Source of the DNA: Schizosaccharomyces osmophilus
Taxonomy: Eukaryota
Length of the DNA: 64,000 bases
NCBI RefSeq assembly: GCF_027921745.1
Contig: NC_079238.1
Coordinates: 4,836,001 to 4,900,000 of the forward strand
Direction of reading: 5' to 3'
In this document: piece by piece, positions 24,007 to 34,915 of the stretch
Layout of the letters: each line of letters begins with the position of its first letter
How positions within the stretch are numbered: the stretch's first letter is position 1
The notes under the pieces: generated by a model
What the model saw: the letters and a program-made list of their open reading frames with translations, nothing else
The model's database searches: none
What the model was told of the DNA's origin: nothing
Position numbers and translations under genes: made by a program

Positions 24007-24845
24007 TTCTGAAAATATCCAACTTAGCCGATTTGAACGCTTATAAAAAAAAGCAAAACGTAAACTAAACAATAGGTCGTAACCGGTGTAAGGATGGGAA
24101 ACAATTGACTCGAGAAGGATATCGTAAAGAATTAGAACTGAACAAGTAGAGAGAAGTTTTCAAAAAATAATAAATATATTGAAAAAGCTTTTTGTCCACA
24201 AGGATCATAAAAAGCAAAGGAATACGTCCTTTCCCCAAGACGCGTAAAAAGGACGTTTGTTTACGGTTGGTTTTGTCGAATATGAATAGTGATGTCCAAG
24301 GATCCCTGTATGTAGCTTACCATGCTTCCTTATATTATGTTGGTAAATAAACAACCCTATTCAGTTTCTCTAATATTTTATACTTAAAAGTTTCGCTTTG
24401 CGGCTCACTTTCAATCATAAAAAACTAATTACTAAATAAAAATTTACATGATAAAAACCATAGAAAGTTATGTCAATTGATTATCGGAAAGTACAGTTCG
24501 GGTACTCTAGTTCCTCTTTCTGAAATCAAAGGACCCAAGTCAAGAGCATCAACAAAAGTATACAACCAATAGCTTTTTTGTTATAGAAATGGATACCTTT
24601 AAGGTGTATGGATATAACTGTAAGGATCAAAGACGATCCCACCCAAAGTACGATTTCTTGCAGATGCCCTCTCAGTCAACCAGGTCTCTTCATCAAGTAA
24701 CTCTTTATAGGATTGTACTGATGCACAAGTGATAGCCTTCACTCAACAAAAGAATCCTTTATTCCTATCTCCTTTTTAAGATCATAACTCTTAGTTATTA
24801 TAGTTAGTATTAGATATGATACTAGATTTCCATCATCATCAAGAA

Positions 24846-24926
24846 GCTTCTGTAGCTCAGTTGGTGGTAGCGTCCCTCTCATATTCTGACAGGGGAAGGT
24901 CGTGAGTTCGAGCCTCACCAGAAGCA
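24846..24926 (+). tRNA. tRNA-Met (elongator, CAT) with 7-nt intron 24884-24890
   Basis: Acceptor stem GCTTCTG/CAGAAGC, anticodon arm TCCCT-CTCATA[TTCTGAC]A-GGGGA, T-arm GTGAG-TTCGAGC-CTCAC; G1-C72 and TTC T-loop indicate elongator, not initiator. Confidence 0.93.
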
Positions 24927-24932
24927 TCTTAA

Positions 24933-25005
24933 GGTCGGATAGCACAGTTGGTAGTGCGCATGACTGTTAATCATGAGGTCGTGGGTTCGAGCCCCACTCT
25001 GACCG
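24933..25005 (+). tRNA. tRNA-Asn (GTT)
   Basis: Acceptor stem GGTCGGA/TCTGACC, D-arm GCAC/GTGC, anticodon arm CATGA-CTGTTAA-TCATG, T-arm GTGGG-TTCGAGC-CCCAC. Confidence 0.95.
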
Positions 25006-25007
25006 TC

Positions 25008-25014
25008 TTTTTTT
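25008..25014 (+). terminator. RNA polymerase III terminator (T7)
   Basis: Run of seven T immediately after tRNA-Asn; no such run between the two tRNAs. Confidence 0.85.
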
Positions 25015-26384
25015 ATATTTTTATTTATGCCCTAAAGCAATTAGCAAAAGAATGCATAAGATTGGATTCTTTGGGCGTTGGCGGTGGTACAACCAAGGGG
25101 ATGGTGAAGGTGGTTCCAAAAGAGTCCCAGTACATGGGGTAGGTTATCATATTTGTTTAAAAGATGAATTTCATTTGTAACAATGACAGACTTCCCTGTA
25201 GGTAAAGTCGCTGCTTCTATTCTAAATTGTCCGGGGGATAAATGCGGTTGTCCTTTGAGATGATAATCAAAAATGACTTCTCAGCGGAAAGTATAAACCA
25301 AAGGAAAGATTCATTGGGAATATATCTTAACTACTTCCCTGATGTCAGCGCATGGATTTGGTAAAAAGGCAAGAGAAACGCTCAGCATCTATAGATGCAA
25401 GTGCATTCTACATCCTTCATCAAGAGTGCTATTCCAGTCAGTAAGCGCTTAAGAATTGTTCAAAAGTACTTAGGTGGTTTTTTTCATCCAAGCCTGCGTA
25501 TAAAAATATCGAATTCCAAACAAAATTCTTTTGATGTTGCAGACACCTAAAACCAAAACTGCTCTGATTCAATCAAGATGTACAAAAATTCCATGTACAT
25601 AAACGAGCAGGTTTTTAAATAGGAAACGACTAGTTGTAAGGGTCTCGAATGGAATTATTCTTTTGCTTTTCTATCCTCACAAGGATGCTAGACATGATAT
25701 CAAGAACACTTTTGAAGATACGTCGTTGAAAGAAGCCGATGAATAGAAAGAAGAAATCCACAACAAAAAAACAACCATATACCAGTCCATCCCATCCTAT
25801 TTGTTATGTTGCTGATGAAGCCGGCATTCATACTGTCTGACAACAATCTTCCCATAGGACAAAACCTCTCAAAAAAAAGATCAGGAATCCAAAAGAAAGC
25901 AAAGAAATCGAGAGATAATGCTCCTAGGCGGCTGAACGAACAAGAACTGATATTCAAAGCAAGATGGCAGCCTTCTTAGGAAAAAGGAATATAAGAAATG
26001 AAAGAATGAATATAAATATAAAAAAATAAAGTTATTAAGAACAATTCACACCTCCATACTGTAGATTGGAGAAAACGACTTCTCTTTGAAAAATTCCTCC
26101 TACTGGGGCTAGGCATCCGACTACCTACCAATTGCCAATACTCACAACGGCATCAAAAAAGCTTTAATTAGGCAATTTTTGTGTCGTATTTTTAGCTAAG
26201 AAAGAAAGAAGACTTTCTTTTGTATACAAAAAATAGGGAAATCGCTTTTGGCAAAGAACTTGGTCGAACAAGGACGAAAGATTTTTCAACGATCCAGTAT
26301 TGCCAATTTTTTGAGAGAATAGAAACAAGAGTTTGGTAAAGCAAAACTAAAAAAGAGAATTTTTCTATATTTTTGAAGAGCAAG

Positions 26385-27725
26385 ATGGCTGAGAATCTTG
26401 ATATTTCAGAGTTGTCGCCAATTCATCCCGCGATCATTTCGAGACAGGCCACAATTAACATTGGTACCATCGGTCACGTAGCCCACGGTAAAAGTACAGT
26501 TGTAAAGGCTATCTCTGGTGTTCACACTGTTCGTTTCAAAAATGAATTAGAGCGTAACATTACCATCAAGCTTGGTTATGCAAACGCAAAAATTTACAAG
26601 TGCTCCAACGCCGAATGTGCTCGACCTGGATGCTATCGCTCCTATCCATCTGGAAAGGAGGACAACCCTCCTTGTGAAGTTTGTGGTTCTCCCATGAACC
26701 TGGTTCGCCATGTATCATTTGTCGATTGCCCTGGTCACGATATTCTTATGGCAACCATGCTTAACGGTGCTGCTGTTATGGATGCAGCTATGTTGTTAGT
26801 TGCTGGTAATGAGTCTTGTCCCCAACCCCAGACCAGTGAACATTTGGCTGCCATCGAAATCATGCAGTTGAAGCACATCATTATTCTCCAAAACAAGGTC
26901 GATTTAATACGTGAAGCTGCCGCTGAAGAACATTATCAATCAATCTTAAAGTTTATTAAGGGTACTGTTGCTGAGAACTCTCCCATCGTTCCTATATCTG
27001 CACAATTAAAATATAATATTGACGCTATCCTTGAATACGTTGTCAAGAAGATTCCCGTCCCAGTTCGTGACTACACCACCGATCCTCGTTTGATTGTCAT
27101 CCGTTCCTTTGACGTGAACAAGCCCGGTGCTGAGGTCGAAGACCTCAAAGGTGGTGTTGCAGGTGGTTCTATTCTTACCGGTGTTCTTCGTTTGGGTGAC
27201 GAGATTGAAATTCGCCCTGGTATTGTCACAAAAGATGAAGAAGGACGCATTAAGTGTCAACCCATTTTCTCGCGCATCGTTTCCCTTTTCGCTGAAAACA
27301 ATGACTTGAAGATTGCCGTCCCTGGTGGTCTTATTGGTGTTGGTACCACAGTCGATCCTACCCTTTGCCGTGCTGATCGTTTGGTTGGTCAAGTTCTCGG
27401 TTCCAAGGGTAATCTTCCCGAAGTATACACAGAGCTCGAAATTAACTACTTCTTACTTCGTCGTCTTTTGGGTGTTAAGAGCGGTGACAAGAGCACCACT
27501 AAGGTTCAAAAACTTGCCAAGAATGAAGTTTTGATGGTTAACATCGGCTCTACTTCTACTGGTGGTCGTGTTATGATGGTTAAGGCGGACATGGCTAAGA
27601 TTCTTCTTACCGCCCCTGCTTGTACAGAAATTGGCGAGAAGGTTGCTCTTAGTAGACGTATCGAAAAGCACTGGCGGCTTATCGGTTGGGCCAAGGTCGT
27701 TGAAGGAAAAACTCTTAAAGTATAG
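26385..27725 (+). CDS. tif213: Translation initiation factor eIF2 gamma
   Basis: [23 protein letters not shown] GTPase motifs, [13 protein letters not shown]-terminus; ATG 26385. Confidence 0.97.
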   Translation: MAENLDISELSPIHPAIISRQATINIGTIGHVAHGKSTVVKAISGVHTVRFKNELERNITIKLGYANAKIYKCSNAECARPGCYRSYPSGKEDNPPCEVCGSPMNLVRHVSFVDCPGHDILMATMLNGAAVMDAAMLLVAGNESCPQPQTSEHLAAIEIMQLKHIIILQNKVDLIREAAAEEHYQSILKFIKGTVAENSPIVPISAQLKYNIDAILEYVVKKIPVPVRDYTTDPRLIVIRSFDVNKPGAEVEDLKGGVAGGSILTGVLRLGDEIEIRPGIVTKDEEGRIKCQPIFSRIVSLFAENNDLKIAVPGGLIGVGTTVDPTLCRADRLVGQVLGSKGNLPEVYTELEINYFLLRRLLGVKSGDKSTTKVQKLAKNEVLMVNIGSTSTGGRVMMVKADMAKILLTAPACTEIGEKVALSRRIEKHWRLIGWAKVVEGKTLKV

Positions 27726-28270
27726 TTTGGGTATTGCTATGAGCATTGTATAAGATGACTTTTGCCTTTCAGTGAAAGTGGTGTCCTTTCTGATGTATAA
27801 AATAAATGCGATTCCTTGTTTTCTTTGGAATTACCTGAAGACGTACTTGGTTCAATAGTAGATTAACTGTAAATACTTCCTTTAATTTCTGAATGAAGCA
27901 TCTAAATGAGAGAGTGTTTGATATTTATACCACTATGAAATTTGTATTTGCAATATCTTTAGCAGGAAGAATAATTGTACTGTTATCTCTTGTAATTACT
28001 TACAAAACATATGTAGTTAAAGTTCTTGAATGGCTTTTGTGGACTGGATTCAATTCCGTTTGTTTCTACTATAGAATCAATAATATTACAAACCGAACTT
28101 CTTTTGAAACTGACTGCCTGTCAAATTTCAAATCTGGTAAAACCTCAATAAACACATTCTTTGAGACAACTTTAAGCCCAAATCGTTTATTTTCTTTACT
28201 TTCCCATGCTTGATCCCTTTAACAATTCGCTTCCACTTTCCAGAGTACAATGTGACTTTGTACAATTCAG

Positions 28271-28293
28271 CCCTAACCTACTTCATGTGACTG
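28271..28293 (+). promoter_or_regulatory. Homol E-like (CCCTAACCTA) plus Homol D (TGTGACTG, 28286-28293) of rpl11
   Basis: Exact inverse Homol D about 60 nt before the ATG with an imperfect Homol E just upstream, the usual arrangement in ribosomal protein promoters. Confidence 0.8.
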
Positions 28294-28350
28294 CTTATGA
28301 AAGGGGAAACAACAATGCGAGAAGGAAAAGAACTACCAACATCCAACACC

Positions 28351-28875
28351 ATGGCAGAGAAGGCACAAAATCCTATGAAGGAGCTCCGTATCTCCAAGTT
28401 GGTGCTCAACATCTCCTTGGGCGAATCTGGTGATCGTCTCACCCGTGCCGCAAAGGTTTTGGAACAACTTTCTGGTCAAACTCCTGTTTTCTCCAAGGCT
28501 CGTTACACCATCCGTCGTTTCGGTATCCGTCGTAACGAAAAGATCTCCTGCCATGTTACTGTCCGTGGCCCCAAGGCTGAGGAAATTTTGGAGCGTGGTC
28601 TTAAGGTCAAGGAGTACGAATTGAAGAGACGCAACTTTTCTGCCACCGGTAACTTCGGCTTCGGTATCCAAGAACACATTGATTTGGGTATCAAGTACGA
28701 CCCCTCCATTGGTATTTATGGTATGGACTTTTATGTTGTTATGGACCGTCCCGGTATGCGTGTCACTCGCCGTAAGGCTCAACGCAGCCGTATTGGTTTC
28801 CCTCACAAGATCACTCCTGAGGACACCGTCAACTGGTTCAAGCAAAAGTATGATGCTCTTGTTACGGGGAAGTAA
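28351..28875 (+). CDS. rpl11: 60S ribosomal protein L11 (uL5)
   Basis: [37 protein letters not shown]; true ATG 28351 lies downstream of Homol D; strong codon bias. Confidence 0.97.
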   Translation: MAEKAQNPMKELRISKLVLNISLGESGDRLTRAAKVLEQLSGQTPVFSKARYTIRRFGIRRNEKISCHVTVRGPKAEEILERGLKVKEYELKRRNFSATGNFGFGIQEHIDLGIKYDPSIGIYGMDFYVVMDRPGMRVTRRKAQRSRIGFPHKITPEDTVNWFKQKYDALVTGK

Positions 28876-29387
28876 ATAGAAAGTTAGCCATCCAATCCTT
28901 GGTCATACTGAAATGTAATTTTGTTGGTTGAACTAGTTTTTACTAGCATATTTAGAGCTTGTTGTAATATGTAAGTAGTGTAAATTAAGTCGGAGTAAGC
29001 AATAGCAGTATTCTCGTTCTTTCAGTTGATTTATTTCGTTATTGGTATTTCATGCTTTCAGTCTTTTTCAACTTTATACTAGTCCACGAGCTTACGAACA
29101 TAGAAAGCATCTTCAATTGAACAAAAAATTTCATAAAATAACGCTACAAATCTAATCAAATCCAGTCCTTTAAGATATTGCAGACAATGCACTGCATTTC
29201 CTATCCGTAGAGAGGGCAAACCAATAGGCGTAAGAGATTGAAGTGATCATACAAAAGTCAATAGCAAAAAGTCAAATTTTTTTTTGCTGTATGGAATATG
29301 CACAGTATTATATAAATGACGCATATATATACATATCATACGCGTGATGCAAAGATTTCAATTCGCCCAAAAATAATTGTGAGCACT

Positions 29388-32300
29388 TTATGACTTTTCT
29401 AAAACAGCACACAAGTCACCACCATTCACGGAATCACCTTGTTGCATTAACAATTGTTTTACAGCACCACTGTGGGGAGCACTGATAACAATTTCCATCT
29501 TCATTGCACTCAAAACAGCCACAATGTCACCCTTCTTCACTTCAGATCCTTCCTTAACACGAATCTCAACAATAGTACCACTCATAGGAGCAGCTACGTG
29601 TCCAGGGTTGCTAGGATCAGCACGAGCACGGGTCACAGTTTCAGTAGCTGCCTTGTTGTCCTCAATGGTAACATGACGGTTTTCACCATTCAATTCAAAG
29701 TAGACTTCACGTTGTCCAGTACGACTATTGAGAGGTCCAAGAGCAACAAACTTGATGATCAGTGTCTTACCCTTTTCAATTTCTACGTGCATTTCTTCGT
29801 TCATTTGTGGTTTCGACAAAAAGAAACGGGTGGGAATATTCGTTAAATCACCGTAACGATCAACAAATTGGCGATGATCCTCAAACACACCGGGGAATTG
29901 AGTATAAGAAGCGACATCGGCATCCGTAACTTCGCCATATTTCTCAGACAGCAACTTACGGATAGCATCAAAGTCAGCAGGGGGCAAGAATTTGCCTGGG
30001 CGATCAGACATAGGTTGACGACGTCCCTTTAAGACATGTGAACGTAGAGGCTCTGGAAATCCACCATATGGTTGACCCATTAAACCTTGGAAAAAATCAA
30101 GGAGAGATGCAGGGAACTCGAGAGAAGCAGCTCGCTCTTCAACGTCTTTTGCAGATAGCTTGTTTTGAACCATAAACTGAGCCAAGTCACCAACGACTTT
30201 AGAAGTAGGAGTGACTTTAATAACGTCACCCAAAAGATTGTTGGCTGCAACATAAGCCTTCTTCGTTTCAAACCATTGGGTACCCAATCCAAGGGAAGTT
30301 GCTTGAAATTTGAGATTAGTAAGCTGACCACCAGGGATTTCATGGTTGTAAACATCAGAGTCAGTGCCCTTGATTTCGGCTTCGAAGGGAGAGTACAATA
30401 AGCGCATCTGGCCCCAATAATTGTCGATTTCACGCAACTGATGGTTGTCAAATTCGAGCTGTCTGTCAGTGCCATCCAGCGATGCCAGGACGGCGCCCAT
30501 ACTAGGTTGGGAGGTAAGACCAGACATACTATCAGTAGCAACGTCGACGACATCAGCACCCGCTTGCAAAGCCGCAGTCATTGAAGCAACGGCGGTACCG
30601 GCAGAATCGTGACTGTGAACGTGAACTGGTAACTCAGGATACTTCGCACGAATAGCACCAATCAATATTTGAGCTGCTTTAGGCTTCAAAACACCAGCCA
30701 TGTCCTTAATACCAAGGACGTGGATACCCAAATCAACCATCTGGGTAACGAATCCCATGTAATAATCCAAATTGTATTTCTTCTTCTTCAGCATATCACC
30801 AGAATAACACATAGTAGCTTCAACAACACCACCAGCTTTCTTAGCTGCATCGATACCGAGAGCAAGATTGTTTATATCGTTCAAAGAGTCGAAAACACGG
30901 AAGATATCTATACCATTCTTCTTGGCTTGCTCACAGAAGAAATAAATTACATTATCAGGCAAGCTTGAATAACACAAACCATTTGCACCACGAAGCAGCA
31001 TCTGAAAAGGAATGTTTGGAACCAACGCACGGAGTCTACGGAGTCTATCCCAAGGACATTCGTGAAGGAAGCGCATAGAAACATCAAAAGTAGCACCACC
31101 CCACATCTCTAAAGAATAAGCATGAGCAAGGGCATGACTAGTCAAAGGAGCGATATTAACGAGATCAATGGTACGGACACGTGTAGCCAAAAGAGATTGA
31201 TGGGCATCACGCCATGTAGTATCCATGATCAAGCCAGGCTTGTGATGGCGAACCGCCTTTGCAAAAGCTTCAGGACCTTTTTCTAATAATAAGTTACGCC
31301 AACCCTTCTCAGATGGTTGGTAAACGTCAATAGGCTCCCCCTTAGGGCCAAGCAAGTTGGGCATAACGACATCAGTCTTTAGGGCGGGGTCACCATTTTG
31401 ACCCTTAATAGAGCTGCCGTTAACGGCCAAATCACCCAAATAAGCGAGAAGTTTTTGGGCACGATTACGAGAACGATGTAGCTTGAAGAGCTCAGGAGTA
31501 TCGTCGATAAACGTAGTCCAGCAGCTACCGCGGATAAAAGTTTCGTGGGAAAGAAGACTTAATACAAAGTTAATATTTGTTTTAACACCACGAACACGGA
31601 ATTCAATTAAAGAGCGAATCATTTTACGTCTGGTAAATTCATATGATGAATCACGGCAAGTACACTTGACCAGCATGGAATCATAATGCGGAGTAATAAC
31701 GGAGCCAGCGAAACCATTAGCACCGTCAAGACGAACACCATTACCGCCAGCGGTACGGTATACCTCAATTTTACCAATATCAGGAACAAAACCCTTATCA
31801 GGATCTTCCGTAGTTACACGGCATTGAATGGCAAAACCACGAACGCTGATCTTGTCTTGGGTAAGACCAATTTCGGGAAGACTGAAGCCAGCGGCGATAT
31901 GAAGCTGAGCAGAAACAATGTCGAGACCGGTGATTTCTTCAGTGATGGTGTGCTCGACTTGAATACGGGGGTTGATTTCAATAAAGTAGTGACGACCTTC
32001 CTTATCAATCAAAAACTCAGCAGTGCCTGCATTACAGTATTTAACTTCCTTAGCAATTTTAATAGCATCATCATAAAGAGACTGACGAACCTTGGGATCA
32101 AGGTCCTTGGCAGGAGCAATTTCAACTACCTTTTGATGACGACGTTGAACAGAGCAATCACGTTCGTGAAGATGGACAACATTGCCGTACTTATCAGCCA
32201 AAAGTTGAACTTCAATATGTTTTGGGCGGTCCAAGAAGCGCTCGATAAAAACGGTACCGTCGCCAAAGGAAGACAAAGCCTCGGAACGAGCACGTTCAAA

Positions 32301-32942
32301 AGACTCCTTTAAGGCATCCTGGGTACGGACAACACGCATACCACGGCCACCACCACCCATGGCAGCCTTAATAATGACTGGTAATCCATGTTCTTTAACA
32401 AAAGCTTCAGCATCCTCATAATTTTCCACAGGACCAGGAGTACCAGGAACAACGGGGACGCCGCAACGTATGGCGATGGTACGAGCCTTGGTTTTATCAC
32501 CCAAGCTATCGATAATATTAGCAGGGGGACCGACAAAAGCGATACCGGCATCACTGACTTTTTGAGCAAACTCAGCGTTTTCGGAAAGGAAACCATAACC
32601 AGGATGAATGAGGTTAGCACCCGTACGCTTCGCAATATCAACTATTTCATCGATCGCTAAATAAGAACCTACGGGAGTATATTGACCGATCCTACCAATT
32701 GGGTAAGACTCGTCAGCCTTTTGACGATGCATCGATAGCCGATCCTCATGGGAGTAGACGGCTACTGTGTGCATTGACAACTCATGAGCGGTGCGGAAAA
32801 CTCGAATTGCAATCTCTGATCGGTTTGCAACTAATACTTTGGAAAACTTCTCACCTAACAAAGAAGCACGCTTTTGCAGCTTGCTGTAAGGATTTGTATT
32901 TGTGCTCGGCACTGCAAATAAAGCTTCATAATGGTTGTCCAT
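29388..32942 (-). CDS. pyr1: Pyruvate carboxylase
   Basis: Biotin carboxylase (VLVANRSEIAIR, GGGGRGMR), carboxyltransferase (RDAHQSLLATR) and biotinyl (AMKM) domains; first ATG 32942. Confidence 0.97.
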   Translation of the reverse strand: MDNHYEALFAVPSTNTNPYSKLQKRASLLGEKFSKVLVANRSEIAIRVFRTAHELSMHTVAVYSHEDRLSMHRQKADESYPIGRIGQYTPVGSYLAIDEIVDIAKRTGANLIHPGYGFLSENAEFAQKVSDAGIAFVGPPANIIDSLGDKTKARTIAIRCGVPVVPGTPGPVENYEDAEAFVKEHGLPVIIKAAMGGGGRGMRVVRTQDALKESFERARSEALSSFGDGTVFIERFLDRPKHIEVQLLADKYGNVVHLHERDCSVQRRHQKVVEIAPAKDLDPKVRQSLYDDAIKIAKEVKYCNAGTAEFLIDKEGRHYFIEINPRIQVEHTITEEITGLDIVSAQLHIAAGFSLPEIGLTQDKISVRGFAIQCRVTTEDPDKGFVPDIGKIEVYRTAGGNGVRLDGANGFAGSVITPHYDSMLVKCTCRDSSYEFTRRKMIRSLIEFRVRGVKTNINFVLSLLSHETFIRGSCWTTFIDDTPELFKLHRSRNRAQKLLAYLGDLAVNGSSIKGQNGDPALKTDVVMPNLLGPKGEPIDVYQPSEKGWRNLLLEKGPEAFAKAVRHHKPGLIMDTTWRDAHQSLLATRVRTIDLVNIAPLTSHALAHAYSLEMWGGATFDVSMRFLHECPWDRLRRLRALVPNIPFQMLLRGANGLCYSSLPDNVIYFFCEQAKKNGIDIFRVFDSLNDINNLALGIDAAKKAGGVVEATMCYSGDMLKKKKYNLDYYMGFVTQMVDLGIHVLGIKDMAGVLKPKAAQILIGAIRAKYPELPVHVHSHDSAGTAVASMTAALQAGADVVDVATDSMSGLTSQPSMGAVLASLDGTDRQLEFDNHQLREIDNYWGQMRLLYSPFEAEIKGTDSDVYNHEIPGGQLTNLKFQATSLGLGTQWFETKKAYVAANNLLGDVIKVTPTSKVVGDLAQFMVQNKLSAKDVEERAASLEFPASLLDFFQGLMGQPYGGFPEPLRSHVLKGRRQPMSDRPGKFLPPADFDAIRKLLSEKYGEVTDADVASYTQFPGVFEDHRQFVDRYGDLTNIPTRFFLSKPQMNEEMHVEIEKGKTLIIKFVALGPLNSRTGQREVYFELNGENRHVTIEDNKAATETVTRARADPSNPGHVAAPMSGTIVEIRVKEGSEVKKGDIVAVLSAMKMEIVISAPHSGAVKQLLMQQGDSVNGGDLCAVLEKS

Positions 32943-33565
32943 GTCTTCTGTTTCCACCTCTCTTCAATGCCTTATGCTCTTTTCTATATGAAGTGGTTAT
33001 TCAAGGCAAAAGGAAACGATAATGGTTGTTGGTTAAAAGCAGGATTGTCGGTTCCGTTGAAACCTCATGACACCATCGGCCCAAAGATGATGAATGCTGA
33101 TATAGAGTAAGCGAGAATATTATCAAAAAAAAACCCTCGTACTATTAACTCCACCAATCAAATGCCTTAAAACCTCAGTTGATACCCGCAGTATCCGCCT
33201 TGACCCAATCACCAATTCAACAGATAAACCTTACCGAGATAAGCTTTGAAATGTCGTATTAGCAGCGAATGCTATTCGATAACGGCTGATGACATTACGT
33301 TAAGCCATCTCTATCCGATCAAATAAAGACGCGAACTTTAAACTTAGTTAAATCCAGAAACCACGCACCGGCTTGCTGTGACGCACTAACTGGAATCTGA
33401 TGGAAAAAGCACAGGGAATAGAAAGCAAAAGGATCGAAAATAGCAATTTTATAGGATACAGACGTTTGTAGTGTATAGAATTCAGAAGAGAAAGAAATCC
33501 ATGGGTCCTCATTTGGTTTCCTTTTTAATTTGCAACCTTGCAAAAAAAAGTCATGATTCGCAAGT

Positions 33566-34456
33566 TCAGCGCTGAAACACTTTCGTAAGAGTGGTCCATT
33601 GATCGCAAGTGTAAATTGTTGAATTGGAAGGATTCTGTGCTTTGTAGGGTTGAGTTTGGCTCTGAGGAAAACGATTGAGCTGCGACGTCTCGTTCAGACT
33701 GAATTTAGGAATAGAAGGGTCGAGTTTCAGAAGCGTCACATCAGAAAAAGATTCCAGAGTCGACCTACTTCTTTCGTTTGCAAGGAACAAGATACCGATT
33801 GTCGCATGAAAAAAGCAACCAAAGTCAGTGCTGGAGTCTCCTATGTAAACAGTGGCATTCGATTGGGAAGAAGGAGATGCTTTCTGAATAATGACCAAAA
33901 ACTCATGCATTTTGTCATCAGCAGTCATAATTAAACTTTGTGCGTGAAATGGCACAATATTTCCTGTCGTAAGCTGAGTTGCCGGGTCCAGTTCCAAGTC
34001 GTTGGAATGAATCGTAACCAGTCGCAGATCAATTCCTGGGATTCGACGTAGAGTGCTTTCAATTACACGGCTCGACCAATTGATAGATAGGATATGAAAC
34101 TCGTCAGATCCGTCTCGTAGCCGCGGCATCAACAGCTGCAGAAACTTGTCAAATCCATCTCGTAAAGTAATGGACGAAGCTACTGCATCCAATTGTTCCA
34201 AGGATAACCCCTCAAAGAATTTATGGGATTGAACTCTCTGTATACTGGCGGTTTCAGCGAACCCGCCTGTCTGTAACAAGTCAAGATGTGAGCAAAGCGT
34301 GGTTAGCTTTGGCAAACCGGACTGCCAAGCCATATATTCCTCCCAGTACGATTTCGCCAAGAAATCCCATACACCAGGTTTATTGGCAGCTTTTGCTAAA
34401 CAAGAAATCGTATCGTGGGCTGTAATGGTCTCGTCAAAATCAACCACAAAGAGCAT
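33566..34456 (-). CDS. HAD-superfamily hydrolase (Cto1/thiamine-phosphate-phosphatase-like)
   Basis: DFDETIT motif I, ILSINWS motif II, YIGDSSTD motif IV. Confidence 0.85.
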   Translation of the reverse strand: MLFVVDFDETITAHDTISCLAKAANKPGVWDFLAKSYWEEYMAWQSGLPKLTTLCSHLDLLQTGGFAETASIQRVQSHKFFEGLSLEQLDAVASSITLRDGFDKFLQLLMPRLRDGSDEFHILSINWSSRVIESTLRRIPGIDLRLVTIHSNDLELDPATQLTTGNIVPFHAQSLIMTADDKMHEFLVIIQKASPSSQSNATVYIGDSSTDFGCFFHATIGILFLANERSRSTLESFSDVTLLKLDPSIPKFSLNETSQLNRFPQSQTQPYKAQNPSNSTIYTCDQWTTLTKVFQR

Positions 34457-34915
34457 TGTTTCACCTCCAAAAAAGACTCAATTCACTTGAACAATCGTTA
34501 AAGGAAACTGATAGTGTAAAAAAAGATGAATTTTCTATGGTTTCTGTCGTTTTGATGGGAGAATTGACGTTTGTCTGCAAGTTGGTTCCATATGGTAGCT
34601 AGTGTGTATGGAAGGGCCGTGGTCCATCCGGGTGTTTGCTACATAGGTTCCAACTTGCTGTAGAAAACATCCTGGTGTGGTTTGCAAATTTTTAACGAAA
34701 AAATAGACTCAAGCTTGTAATTTGTACTTGTGACCAATTTCTTGTTGCAAGTTGGTTTGTTGCTTGTGGCCGGAGGGACATGTTGCAATGTCCATGGGAT
34801 CAGATTGATCAACATCAAAGATAGACAGAAAGAATCAATGAAATGTAAGAAGTTTTGTATGCCAAGGTCAATTCGTAGGGATACGTACAGTGCCAAATTA
34901 TTTGCATGTGCAAGC

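Noticed and set aside
24007..24085. Branch-point/acceptor-like CTAAG...TTTTCAG just before the rct1 ATG (possible 5' UTR intron)
   Set aside because: No convincing donor upstream; cannot be supported without transcript data.
24471..24840. TGTCA-starting segment upstream of the tRNAs as a solo LTR
   Set aside because: No matching inverted terminus or target-site duplication found; kept only as part of the unexplained-region finding.
24739..25142. Short ORFs 24739-24945 (-) and 24948-25142 (+)
   Set aside because: They overlap the tRNA genes and are spurious.
28297..28350. In-frame upstream ATGs extending Rpl11 by up to 18 aa
   Set aside because: They lie immediately after the Homol D box, probably upstream of the transcription start; the conserved protein begins at 28351.
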